DNA of 64,000 nucleotides from an uncultured Verrucomicrobiae bacterium (GTDB lineage Bacteria; Verrucomicrobiota; Verrucomicrobiia; Chthoniobacterales; Chthoniobacteraceae), in NCBI GenBank assembly GCA_963769025.1, contig CAVYKI010000003.1:384001-448000 (forward strand), read 5' to 3'. Position numbers and translations under genes: made by a program. Of the stretch, positions 1 through 10,531 are shown piece by piece (positions within the stretch are counted from its first letter, which is position 1; each line of letters begins with the position of its first letter). The notes beneath the pieces are model-generated. The model saw only the letters and a list, made by a program, of their open reading frames with translations, had not been told where the DNA came from and ran no database searches.

Positions 1-1
1 C

Positions 2-559
2 TGGCACGGCGCGATGGTTGCCTACGGCGTCACGGATTGGTTTGAGGTCGGAGCCCTTTTCAGCGCGTTCGATTTCGATCAGCGCAACTTCCGGATCAGC
101 GATGTCGCCGGTGCCGGTCCGCTGGCCCGCGTGCGTCTGCTCAAGCAGAATGGCCTCATCCCGCAGGTCAGCATCGGCGGCTATGCGCGCTTCGGCGGCA
201 TCGAAAACTACAGCGCCTTCATCGCCCTCTACGAACGTTTCGAGATCGACCCGAACGGCTTCCTCCGCTCCATCGGCCTGCACGCGGGGTTGCGTGAGAC
301 GTGGATCGAGAAGGGCCTCACCGAACGGAGCGATGCACCGGTGGGATATTTCGGGCTCGAGTTCCAACTGCCCTACCGCCTCTACCTCGTCGGCGAAATC
401 TCCACGCAGGACAAGGACTCCCTGGGAGACGAGATCCCGCACGCCTTCGGCATACAATGGCGGGCCGGCGGCGTGAATATCTCGGCGGCTTTCCTGAACA
501 CCGGCGCGTTCCAGGAGCCCAGCTTCTTCTTCGGGATCGGTTCCCAGCTCAAGTTCTGA
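2..559 (+). CDS. Outer-membrane beta-barrel protein, YjbH-like (5'-partial)
   Basis: Frame is open from the window edge; alternating aromatic/hydrophobic beta strands; terminal Phe (…GIGSQLKF). Confidence 0.55.
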   Translation, partial: WHGAMVAYGVTDWFEVGALFSAFDFDQRNFRISDVAGAGPLARVRLLKQNGLIPQVSIGGYARFGGIENYSAFIALYERFEIDPNGFLRSIGLHAGLRETWIEKGLTERSDAPVGYFGLEFQLPYRLYLVGEISTQDKDSLGDEIPHAFGIQWRAGGVNISAAFLNTGAFQEPSFFFGIGSQLKF

Positions 560-642
560 GCCACTGCGAGACGCACGCGTGACTCACCCGGCGTAAACGC
601 ACCGCAAACATTCGAATTTGCCGGCCGAAGAAAGCCGGCCAC

Positions 643-3519
643 CTATTGCGGGCTCTTGCGCAGCCACTCCTCCGCGGCCTTGCTCCCCAGCTTGGCTGCG
701 TCCTCGATGAGCGCCTTTCCGCGGGTCTGGTTGCGCTCGGCAGGCGGCTTCCCTTCATACATCGCCTTGCCGAGGACGTAGAGGCAGTTGACGTCCCGCA
801 TCTGCGCTCCGGTTTCCAACGCCTTCAGCGCCTGCTTGTCGTCGCGGTGGACCGGATTGTAGTTGGCGATGAACAGCAGATACGCAGCGCCCGGGAGATT
901 CTTCTCGACCGCCTTTTCCAAGCCCTTCACCGCCTCCGCGATCTTCGCGGGATCGCGGGAATCCTCCCCCTGTCGCAGCCGCGCTTTCGCCGCGAGGAAA
1001 AACGCCTCCGCATGGCCTTTTGATTCCGCACGGGCGGCAAGGTCGAGCGCCTCTGCGGCATTCTCCGCGACGCCCCGGCCGAATACCAGCGCCTCGCCCA
1101 GCAGGAGCATCGCCTCCGGTTCGCCCGCCTCCACTGCTTCGCGGAGTTTCGCGGTCCCCTTCGCGGCCAATGCCGCATCCGCAGTCTCAAAGCCACGATC
1201 CAGCATCATGCGGCCGACCAGGGCCCGCGCCCTCATGCTGCCGTAGCGATCCGCCAGCGTGTAATCATCGACGCGCGCCTTCTCGTCCGACTCGATGTCC
1301 GCCAGCGCAAGATACGCATCGGCGTTTTTCCATTTGTCCCCGACGTTCCGCAGCACGCCCGCGAGCGGCAGGATATCCGGCGCAGGCAATTTCGCCACTT
1401 GGGCGAGGATTTCGGCCACCTGCGGACGCAGCGCCTCCAGCCAGGCGGGGTTGAGTTCGAGCGTCTCGACCAAAAATTGAAGCGCTTCATCCAGGCGCCC
1501 CTTTCGCCGGGCCTCCTCCGCCAGCAGTTCTCCTTGGAAGCGGTTCGCCTCCAGGCTCCCGGTCCGGGACTCGACCCGCACCACGTCATCCACCAGCCGC
1601 ATGAACTCGATGCTGATCACCATCCGCCTGCCCAGCAATTGCTCGCGCAACCCTCGCAATGCGGCCACGAGTTCCTTTTCAAGCGCGCGGGCCGCCTCGG
1701 GAGTCGCGGTGGCCGCGGTGACATAGGCATCCAGCGCCTCCTCGCCATCGCCCCGCGCGACCGCCTCCGGCATCCGCATCTTGGCGATCAAAAGCAGCCG
1801 CTCGGGAGGCAGGTCCCATTGCGCGGTTTTTTTCTCCAGATTGAGGAGGAACTTCCTCCCCTCCTCCGTCGAGCCGTCCGGGATTGGCCCGTCGGCAAGA
1901 ATCCGGCGGATGGCCTCGGCTGCCAGTTCGGCCAGCTCCCGCTGATGTTTCCGCAGCGCCTCCCCAAATTCCGGCTGCGCCCGCAGGCTCTCGTCCGTCG
2001 TCACGCACCAGTTCAGCAGCGCCTGCCAGTTTTTCTCCGCCCTCGCGCTCCTGCTTTCATCCAGCGCCACCTGCCACTGCTTCTCCCCCGGCAGCGTCCG
2101 GATGTCCACAAACCGCACCTTGATCAAATACGCCGCGACGCCCGCGAGGAGGATCAGCAGCGGCACGCCGATGAACATCCCGAGCGTCCGCCGCTTCCGC
2201 CCGCGTTCCCAATCCGCCAAACGCGTTTCCAAATCATGCCGCAGCGCATCCAGCCGCTCCTCCTCGGCCGCCAGCGTGTCGCCGACCACGCTGCCCGCCG
2301 CCTTTTCCGCCTCGCTCCGCTGCGATTGCCGGAGCTCGGATTCCCGCAGGGCCCGCTCCTCGTCGTGCAGCCGCTTCTGAAGTTCCTCCGCCTCCTTCCG
2401 CAGTTCCTCCACGCGCGCCAGATTCCGCTCCTCTCGCGCCCGGAACTCCGCCTCGCGGGTGCGCAACTCCTCCTCGATTTTCGCATCCCGGCTCGCCAGC
2501 TCGCTGCGCAAAGTCTCCGCCTCGTGCTTTGTGCGCTCCGCTTCCGCCGCGGCCCACGCCTCGATCTCCTGCTCGAGCCGCTGCTGCTCCGCCAGCTTTT
2601 CCTCCAGCAACGCCTGCTGCCGGGCCAGCCCCTGCCGCATCGCCTCCGCCTCGCCCTTTTCCGCGGCAAGCTGTTCCCGGCGCTTGGCTTCCTGCTCTGC
2701 AAAATCCCGCTTCGCCGCATCCAGCACCGCCTTCTCGCGCGCGAGCCAATCCCTTTCCGCAGTCAGCCGCTCGTCCGACTTCAGGCGTTCCACCTCCGCC
2801 TCCAGCTTCGCCCGGCGGTTCTCCAGCTCCCGCATCCGCGAATCCTCCGCCGGGCTCTCCACCAACCCGCTGCTCCCCTGCACCCGCTTCGCCTTCTCCC
2901 CGTCCGGCGGCGTCACCAGCGGCGCCGCACCCGCCGCGCCCACCTCGAAAATTTCCACCGCCTCATCGCAGCCCTTGAAAAGGTACGGCCCGTGCGCCAG
3001 CCACGCCAGTTCCAGCGCCTCCCCGCTGTCCACCTGCGGATGCATCCGCACAAAATGCCGCGCCTCGTCGAACGGCCACCGCGTCAGCAAAATCTGCCCG
3101 CCCACCGCCAGCCCCATCACCCGCGCCACGAGATCCGCCGCCGGCGCGAGCACGTCCGCCTGCCCCAGCGTCGTGATGTCCGCCACTTCGCCCGCGTGGA
3201 TTCCCACCCGCGTCACGATCGGAAAGCCCGGCCAAGCCGCCGTCCGCATCGCATGCTGGAAGCGCAGCGCAAACCGCACCACCGCCGCCACGCTCAGGCT
3301 CCGCGCAAAATACCCGTCCCCCGTGTTCTTGATCAGCGTCAGCTTCTCCTCCGCCGCCAGCTCCTCAAACATCCGGTTGTGCATCTCCGCCACCCGCCGG
3401 TACTCCAGCGCCCCGTGCCGCGCCTTCAGCAACGTCGAATCGCAGATGTCCGTGAACAGCAGCACCGCAAACTGCGTAAGCTCGTCCGGCCTTCTCGGGA
3501 TCGGTGATTCACTGGCCAT
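643..3519 (-). CDS. Class III adenylate/guanylate cyclase domain + long coiled coil + single TM helix + C-terminal TPR/Sel1-like repeats
   Basis: FTDICDST, KNTGDG, RVGIHAGEV, ARVMGLAVGGQILL motifs; E/R/A-rich coiled coil; TM TLGMFIGVPLLILLAGVAAYLI; Sel1-like EAMLLLGEALVFGRGV. Confidence 0.85.
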   Translation of the reverse strand: MASESPIPRRPDELTQFAVLLFTDICDSTLLKARHGALEYRRVAEMHNRMFEELAAEEKLTLIKNTGDGYFARSLSVAAVVRFALRFQHAMRTAAWPGFPIVTRVGIHAGEVADITTLGQADVLAPAADLVARVMGLAVGGQILLTRWPFDEARHFVRMHPQVDSGEALELAWLAHGPYLFKGCDEAVEIFEVGAAGAAPLVTPPDGEKAKRVQGSSGLVESPAEDSRMRELENRRAKLEAEVERLKSDERLTAERDWLAREKAVLDAAKRDFAEQEAKRREQLAAEKGEAEAMRQGLARQQALLEEKLAEQQRLEQEIEAWAAAEAERTKHEAETLRSELASRDAKIEEELRTREAEFRAREERNLARVEELRKEAEELQKRLHDEERALRESELRQSQRSEAEKAAGSVVGDTLAAEEERLDALRHDLETRLADWERGRKRRTLGMFIGVPLLILLAGVAAYLIKVRFVDIRTLPGEKQWQVALDESRSARAEKNWQALLNWCVTTDESLRAQPEFGEALRKHQRELAELAAEAIRRILADGPIPDGSTEEGRKFLLNLEKKTAQWDLPPERLLLIAKMRMPEAVARGDGEEALDAYVTAATATPEAARALEKELVAALRGLREQLLGRRMVISIEFMRLVDDVVRVESRTGSLEANRFQGELLAEEARRKGRLDEALQFLVETLELNPAWLEALRPQVAEILAQVAKLPAPDILPLAGVLRNVGDKWKNADAYLALADIESDEKARVDDYTLADRYGSMRARALVGRMMLDRGFETADAALAAKGTAKLREAVEAGEPEAMLLLGEALVFGRGVAENAAEALDLAARAESKGHAEAFFLAAKARLRQGEDSRDPAKIAEAVKGLEKAVEKNLPGAAYLLFIANYNPVHRDDKQALKALETGAQMRDVNCLYVLGKAMYEGKPPAERNQTRGKALIEDAAKLGSKAAEEWLRKSPQ

Positions 3520-3655
3520 CGCCGCGACACTGAACAGGAATCATCCATCCTTGCAAGACACCCGCACCCCAGCCCTTACGCGCGCACCGCGCCAGCTCCG
3601 CATGGGTTTCACCAGACTTCCCTTCCCGCCCGCGCCCGGGCATCTTCGCCGCGCG

Positions 3656-4290
3656 ATGACCACCGCGAACAAGATCACCATCGGACGGATCCTGATGATC
3701 CCGCTCTTCGTGCTCATGGCGCTCTACTACGGCCGCAGCGTCGCACGCGGACATCCGCGAGGAATGGATGCGCCTCACCGCCATCGCCATTTTCGTCATC
3801 GCCGCGGCGAGCGACGGCATCGATGGCTACATCGCGCGCCGCTACAACCAGCGCAGCCGGCTCGGCACCATCCTCGATCCCATCGCCGACAAGGGCCTGC
3901 TCCTCGCAGGCATCATCACGCTCAGCTTCAGCAACTGGCAGTACGAATTCCCGCTCTGGTTCCCCGTGCTCGTCATCGCCCGCGACATCGCGATCGTCAC
4001 GGGCGTCCTCGCCGTCCATTTCATCAATGGCGACGCCCGCGTGCGGCCGAGCTGGATGGGAAAGACCGCCACCGTCACGCAGATGATCGCCATCGGCTGC
4101 GCGATGCTTTTTCCCGCCAGCGGATGGAAGGCCCCCATCGGCAGACCACGAAGTTGCCATCCTCGACATGCCCGTCTTCGTCGCCGGCTTCTTCACGCTC
4201 CTCTCCGGCCTCTTCTACCTGCGCGACGGCATCCGCCAGCTCCACGCCAAAGGCCACGGCGAACCGGAGCCGCCGGGAAAGGCCAGGTAG
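3656..4290 (+). CDS. pgsA: CDP-alcohol phosphatidyltransferase (PgsA-like), frameshifted in this sequence
   Basis: MTTANKITIGRI start; DGIDGYIARRYNQRSRLGTILDPIADK signature in a second frame; indels near 3760 and 4150. Confidence 0.8.
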
Positions 4291-4347
4291 GGACGGCTCG
4301 CCGAGCCGTCCCGCGCATCAGGGCGCGTTCGGCGAACACGCCCTGCC
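4286..4347. repeat. GTAG-type REP doublet (inverted pair)
   Basis: GGTAGGGACGGCTCGCCGAGCCGTCC (4286-4311); inverted copy at 4321-4347 whose reverse complement is GGCAGGGCGTGTTCGCCGAACGCGCCC; each unit is an internal palindrome around TCGCCGA. Confidence 0.7.
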
Positions 4348-4405
4348 AAAGTTTCCCCCGCCGCCGGAGTTGCCCGCCGCACACTTCACCGCTATCCCCG
4401 ACCCC

Positions 4406-7400
4406 ATGCGCACGTTCCTCCTCTCCCTCGCCCTCGCGCTCGCCGCGATTCTTTCCACGCACGCCGCCGAGCCCTTCGAGATCCGCGACGGCGACCGCGT
4501 CCTCTTCCTCGGCGACACGCTCCTCGAACGCGAGGGCACCTACGGCTACCTGGAGACGCGCATGGCCGAGCAGTTCCCCGACCGCAAGTTCACCGTGCGC
4601 AACCTCGCCTTCAGCGCCGACACGCCGCTCGGCTGGTCGCGCGCGTCGTTCGACCCGCCGGCGAAGGGCTTCGAGCGGCTGAAGGAACAGCTCGCGCTCG
4701 TGAAGCCCACGGTCGTCTTCCTCGGCTACGGCATGGCCGCGAGTTTGCAGGAAATGACGGACCGCTCGCAGGACTGGACGCTGAACCGCGACCCCGCCCG
4801 CTACGGCGCCGAGCCGATGAGCGCCGCGCGGTTCAAAAAGGAACTCGCGCAGTGCATGGATGCGATTGAGGAAGTCTCATCGGGCGCGCATCCGGATGGA
4901 ACCGTGGCGAACGCGGCGGACGCGGCGAAGGGAAAAGATGCCGCCAATCCTGCGTCTCCAAATTCTTCTTCCGCCGCGCCCGCCGCGTCCGCCGCGGTTA
5001 AAAAATCCCCCGTCCGCTTCGTCCTGCTCTCGCCGATCGACCATGATGATCTGCGCAAGACGCGTCCAGGAACACCGGACCCGACGGAGCACAACAAGCT
5101 GCTGGAGCAATACAGCAAGGCCATCGAGGAACTGGCGAAGGAACGCGGGGCGCGGTTCGTCTCCCTCGCTAACGACAACAAGGGAACGGGCATGGGATCG
5201 GGTAAGACTGTTTACCTGAATGGAAACCCGCGTCAGTTGCAGTTATTTGACGGACAACGGGATTCACTTGTCTCGCGCTGGCTACTCGCGATTCGGCATG
5301 GTGGTTGCATACCTACTTGGCTGGAACCTCGAAGAATCGCCAATCTCGCGAAGCCCTCCGCGCCGCCATCATCCGCAAGAACGCGCTCTTCTTCCACCGC
5401 TGGCGGCCGGCGAATGAGACCTACCTCTTCGGCTTCCGCAAACGCGAGCAGGGGCAGAACGCCGTCGAGATTCCGAAGTTCGACCCGCTCATCGAAGCCG
5501 CCGAGGCCGAGATCGAGCGGCTGAAGAAGGACCCGTCCGCAAAGCCCGCCGCGGTCGCCGCCGCACCGCAGCCTGCGCCTTTCGTCAGCCAGCCGCACCC
5601 GAGCTTCACCGCTCGCCGATGGACTCGAAATTTCCCTCTGGGCCGAGAACCCGCTCCTCGCGAAACCCACGCAGATGAACTGGGACGCGCAGGGCCGCCT
5701 GTGGGTCGCGAGCAGCGCGATGTATCCGCAGATCGCGCCCGGGCAGGACGCGTTCGACAAAATCCTCGTCCTCGAAGACACCGACCACGACGGCAAGGCC
5801 GAGAAGAGCACCGTCTTTGCCGACGGCCTGCTCATCCCCACCGGCGTCGCGCCCGTGCTCACGCCCGAGGGCCACTGGGCCTGCTACGTCGGCCAGTCCA
5901 CCGAGCTGCTCTACTTCGAGGACACCGATGGCGACGGCAAGGCCGACAAGAAGCGCATCGTCTTCAGCGGATTCGGCACCGAGGACACGCACCACATCGT
6001 CCACACCCTGCGCTGGGGGCCGGATGGACGGCTCTATTTTTCGCAGAGCGTGTACATCCACACGCACATGGAGACGCCGTGGGGCGTCGTGCGCGTGAAC
6101 AGCGGCGGCATCTTCGCCTACGACCCGCGCACCGAGCGGGTGGAGGTCGTTGCCGAAGGGCCTTTGGAACACCTGGGGCCACGCGTGGGACCAATGGGGC
6201 CAGAGCTTCCACACCGATGGCGCGGGCAGCAGCGGCATCTCGTGGGCGATTCCCCGGTGCGATGTTTGCGCCCAGCGAGGGCGCGCGCCGCACGATGCCG
6301 AGCATCAGCCCCGGCAGCTACCCGAAGTTCGCCGGCCTCGAGCTCATCTACAGCCCGCACTTCCCCGCCGACTGGCAGGGCAGCGCCGTCACCTGCGACT
6401 TCCGCGCGCACAAGATCGTGCATTTCAAAATCAACGATCTCGGCGGGGGCGGGCAGACTGGGAGACTGGGAGACAAGGAGACTGGGAGAAAGGCATCCGA
6501 CCCGACCGTCTCCTCTTCTCCCCCTCTCCAAGTCTCCCCGTCTTCCCCAAAGAGCGGCTACGTCACCGAGCAACTCCCCGTGCTCGTGCAGACCGCGACG
6601 CGACCTTCCGCCCCATCGACGTGAAGCTCGGCCCCGACGGCGCGCTCTACATCGCCGACTGGAGCAACCCGATCATCAACCACGGCGAAGTGGACTTCCG
6701 CGACCCGCGCCGCGACCACGAGCACGGCCGCATCTGGCGGCTGAGCAGGAAGGGCGGGGCGGCGGTGAAGTGGGAGCGATCTCAACAAGCTCAGTGGCAA
6801 GGAACTGATCGCAGCAGCTGGACAGCGGCAAAATCTTTGGGCAGAAGCGAAAGCGCGTCGGAAGCGTGTTGATTCAGAAGGCTAGGTGCCGAAGACCTGA
6901 GACGTTGGAGCGCCGTCGAGACTCGATCAGCAAAGGTCACGAGGCGCACGTGCCGCACTGATTTCGACATTGATGTCGAAGCATTTCTGTGATTAAACAT
7001 CGGCAGAGGCAGTCGCGCGCGATCGGTAAACTGCCGATGTCTTCGGTGCCAGTCCGCGCCGGGCGCGCTATTGCGGCACGCAACGTCGTCCAGACGCGCG
7101 GATTCGCGATGGCGAGATGCGCAACGTCGTGCCTCGACGAACTGGAGAACGGATCACCCGATCACGCGCAACAATTATGAAGCGACATGAGACAGTTGGC
7201 AGCATGCCGTCTTCCCGGACGATATCTCCATGAGCGGGTCATCGCCGACGCCACATCCGCGCGTTCGGGTCGAAGCAATGCGCGCGCTCGCCCGCATTCC
7301 CACTCTCGAAAGCGCCTCGCTCATCCTCGACGCCGCGATCAACGCGCCGAAGGACGATCCGCATTACGAGTTCGCCGCGTGGCTTTCCATCAATGACCTC

Positions 7401-9274
7401 GCGGAGGTCTGGACGAAGGCCGTGCTCGCGGGCGAATGCGAAGCCCGAGGGGCGCGAGAAGCAGTTCGAGTTTGCGCTGAATGCCATCGAGCCCGCGCTC
7501 GCCGGGCAGGTGCTCTCGCAGTTCGTGAGCACCGGCCGCGCGCCGCTCGACGGCTCCGGCCCGTGGATCGAACTCATCGGCAACACCGGCGGCCCCGGCG
7601 AACTCCGCCGCCTGCTCGACGGCCTGCTCGCCGCCACCACCCCCGACGGCGACAACATCGAAGCCGCTCGCCGACGCGAAGTACAAATTCAAGGTCGCCC
7701 GGCGCCAATCCCCGCGCCGCCGCCGCGCTCGTCGCCGCCGCCCGCCGCGGCGTAAAGCCCGCGGGCGAAATGCCGCCGGCGCAGCGTTTCTCACCGCACG
7801 CGCCGGACGACGCGCTCGCCCGACGTCGCTCCGCCTCGCCGGCCTGTGGAAGCAGAATGTCCCCGCCGCCATCATCGCCGACGCTCGACACCCGCGCCAG
7901 CGCGCCGGTGCTCGATGCCGCATTCGAGGCGCTGCGCACGCTCGCGCACCCCCGAGGCCGCGGAGCTCCTCGCCGCGTATTTCGACCGCGCACCTGCGGC
8001 GGAAAGCTCGACGACGGCGCTCGTCTGCGCACAGTGCTCCGCGACGCCGGACAACCACCATGCGCCGCCGCGCGCTCCTCGCCCTCGCGCCGCTGCGCCC
8101 CGCCGAGGCGGTGAAGCATCTCGCCCGCGTGCTCGCGCGAGACGCCCGAGCCGCGACCATCCGCAGCTCTGGCGCGACCTTTTCGCCAGCGCGCCATTCG
8201 TGCAGCAGCTTCACGCAGACGATCCCCGCGAACCTCCCGCCCGCATGCCTACGCCACCGCCCTCCGCGCCGCCCGCGAAATGGGCCGCAAGGCGCAGCCG
8301 CTCGCCACAAAGCTCGCGCCGCTCGCCGGCGAAAAGACCGCGCCGCGACCGCGCCCGCCGATTACGCCGACCTCGCCGCCCGCGCGAAAAAGGACGGCGA
8401 CCCCGTGGCCGGCGAAGCGCTCTACCGCCGCACGGCGAGCGCGTGCGTGGCCTGCCACGCCATCGGCGGAGCCGGCGGCAAGCTCGGCCCCGACATGACG
8501 AGCATCGGCGCGAGCGCGCCGGCGGACTACATCATCGAGAGCATCCTGAATCCCGCCGCGAAGGTGAAGGAAGGCTACCACGCGTTTTCCTTCACGATGA
8601 AGGACGGCAGCGAGGCCATCGGCATCCCGTCGCGCGAGACGCCGCAGGAGCAGTTCATCCGCACCCTCGCCGGCGAGCAGGGCCTGCCAAAGGCGAACAT
8701 CGTTTCCAAGAAAATCGCCGAGGGCGGCGCGAGCGGTAGTCTGATGCCCGCCGGCCTCACCGCCGCGTGGAGCGACCGCGAACGGCTGAACCTCTACGCC
8801 TTCCTGATGGAACTCGGCCGCCCCGGCCCCTTCGACGCGAGCAAGAACAACGTCGCCCGCGCATGGCAGCTCACCGACACCGCCCGCACACGCGACGGCG
8901 CATTGAAAGCCGAACGCCGCAGCGTCCATCCCATCCACGCGCGTCCACGCCCGTCCATCTACGCCCACACCCTCGTGGATGGCCGCCTCACGAAGGACCT
9001 CCTCGCCGAAAAACTCGCGATGCTCGCGCCCAAGAACGCCACCGTGCATCTCACCGCGCGCTTCCAAGCCGCATCCTCCGGCAAGGCGAAGCTGAACCTC
9101 ACCGGCATCCGCAAAGCCTGGCTCGACGGCCAGCCCCTCGCCATCGCCAGCGAGCCTTCGCCGACCGTGGACCTGACCGCAGGCGCGCACACCTTCACCG
9201 TGGAAGTGGACACCAAATCCCCGCCCGAAGTCCTGCGCCTCGAATCGCCCGCCGCGTCATTCCTCGGGGACTGA
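4406..9274 (+). CDS. Secreted SGNH/GDSL domain + PVC-type membrane-bound dehydrogenase (beta-propeller) + HEAT repeats + CxxCH cytochrome c; multiply frameshifted
   Basis: Signal peptide [24 protein letters not shown] and LTDNGIHL (SGNH); [53 protein letters not shown] and [11 protein letters not shown]; pieces lie in all three frames. Confidence 0.8.
4899..5005. repeat. Palindromic element (AACCGCGGCGGACGCGGCG family) inserted in frame in the CDS
   Basis: Arms AACCGTGGCGAACGCGGCGGACGCGGCGAAG and CTTCCGCCGCGCCCGCCGCGTCCGCCGCGGTT; related intergenic copy at 32871-32935. Confidence 0.75.
6451..6548. repeat. Palindromic element built of 8-bp GGGAGACT units, in frame in the CDS
   Basis: GGGCAGACTGGGAGACTGGGAGACAAGGAGACTGGGAGA … GTCTCCTCTTCTCCCCCTCTCCAAGTCTCCCCGTCTTCCCC. 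Confidence 0.7.
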
Positions 9275-9283
9275 CGAAACCAC

Positions 9284-9381
9284 TCCGTAGCCGCACGACG
9301 GCAGGAGGCGGGCTGAGATCTCGGTCCCACGTTCATCGTCGCCTATCCTCTTGCCCGCCTCCTGCCGTCGGCGGCCACGGA
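9284..9381. repeat. GTAG-type REP/REPIN inverted doublet
   Basis: TCCGTAGCCGCACGACGGCAGGAGGCGGGC … GCCCGCCTCCTGCCGTCGGCGGCCACGGA; same family at 48113-48197. Confidence 0.8.
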
Positions 9382-9548
9382 CGAAACACCCGACGGCGCC
9401 CGTCGCACAGCTGAGCCCTTCGCCCTCTGGCACGGGCCTCGCTTTAACAGCTGGATTCAGCCCGCATGAGCCACCGTGTCGCCAACCGCCTCGCCACGCA
9501 CGACCGTCGTGCGATGCCCGGTTGCGCCTTCGCGCCAGCCTTTCCGCC

Positions 9549-10443
9549 ATGAATGCCTCGCGCAAAGCCGGACCGCTCTTCGTCGTCAATGGCAAGGCCG
9601 GGCAACTCGGCAACCGATTGTTCTTCTTCGCCTACGTGATTTCGCTCGCCTCCAAACTCGGCGGGCGCGTCATCAATCCCGGCTTCAACGAATACGCCGC
9701 GGCCTTCACGGGAACCTGCGGAGGCTCGCTGAGCCGCTGGCCGGCGCGCAAACCGCTCCTCCGCGCCCGATGGCTCGGGACGTTGATCGGCTCCCTGCAG
9801 AATCTCGGCGTGCGCATCGCAAACCGCCTGCGCCTTTCCTGCCCCGGCGTGAAAATCCTGGGCCTCCACGAAAAGGAAACGGTCAAGTACCGCCTGGATA
9901 ACGAGCCATTCCTCGACTCGCTGCGGAACGCCCGCATTGTCTTCATCAGCGGCTGGCTCGACCTGCCGCACGTGCGCTTCGAGCAACCGGATGCCATCCG
10001 CGCGCACTTCACGCCGGTCGCCAGCCACCGCGACGCGATCACCGGCGTCATCTCGCGCGCCCGCGCGGGCTGCGACGTCCTCATCGGCGTCCACATCCGG
10101 CAGGGCGATTACGCAACATTCCTCGGCGGACGCTACTTTTACCCGACCGGGCGTGTACGTGCGCGCCATGAAGGCCGCGGCGGCGCTCTTCCCCGCGAAG
10201 CGCGTCGGCTTCCTCGTCTGCTCGAACCTGCCGCAGGACATCTCCGACCCCGCGCTGCCCTCCGTCACGAACGGGACCGGCAATGCGATCGAGGATCTGT
10301 ACTCGCTGGCGGAATGCGATTACCTGATCGGTCCCCCGAGCACGTTCTCGGTCTGGGCATCGTTTTTCGGAAAGACGCCGCTCTGGGAAATTCACGACGC
10401 GGCGGCGCTGCCGAAGCTGGAAGAGTTCTTGATCCGCTACTGA
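9549..10443 (+). CDS. Alpha-1,2-fucosyltransferase-like (GT11), one frameshift near 10145
   Basis: GQLGNRLF, GVHIRQGDY, DLYSLAECDYLIGPPSTFSVWASF motifs. Confidence 0.8.
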
Positions 10444-10531
10444 GCATGCCACACATCCCCATCGCCATGGCCGGCCTTGCCTCCTCTGATACGCTGCCCG
10501 CCGCGAACCGCTGAACTTCACATCGCCCACC

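Noticed and set aside
1399..3507. 702-aa ORF and many other long antisense or alternative-frame ORFs
   Set aside because: Shadow ORFs of well-supported genes; no motifs.
2459..5524. 1021-aa plus-strand ORF
   Set aside because: Chimera of the antisense cyclase region, the pgsA start and the true dehydrogenase N-terminus; a high-GC artefact.
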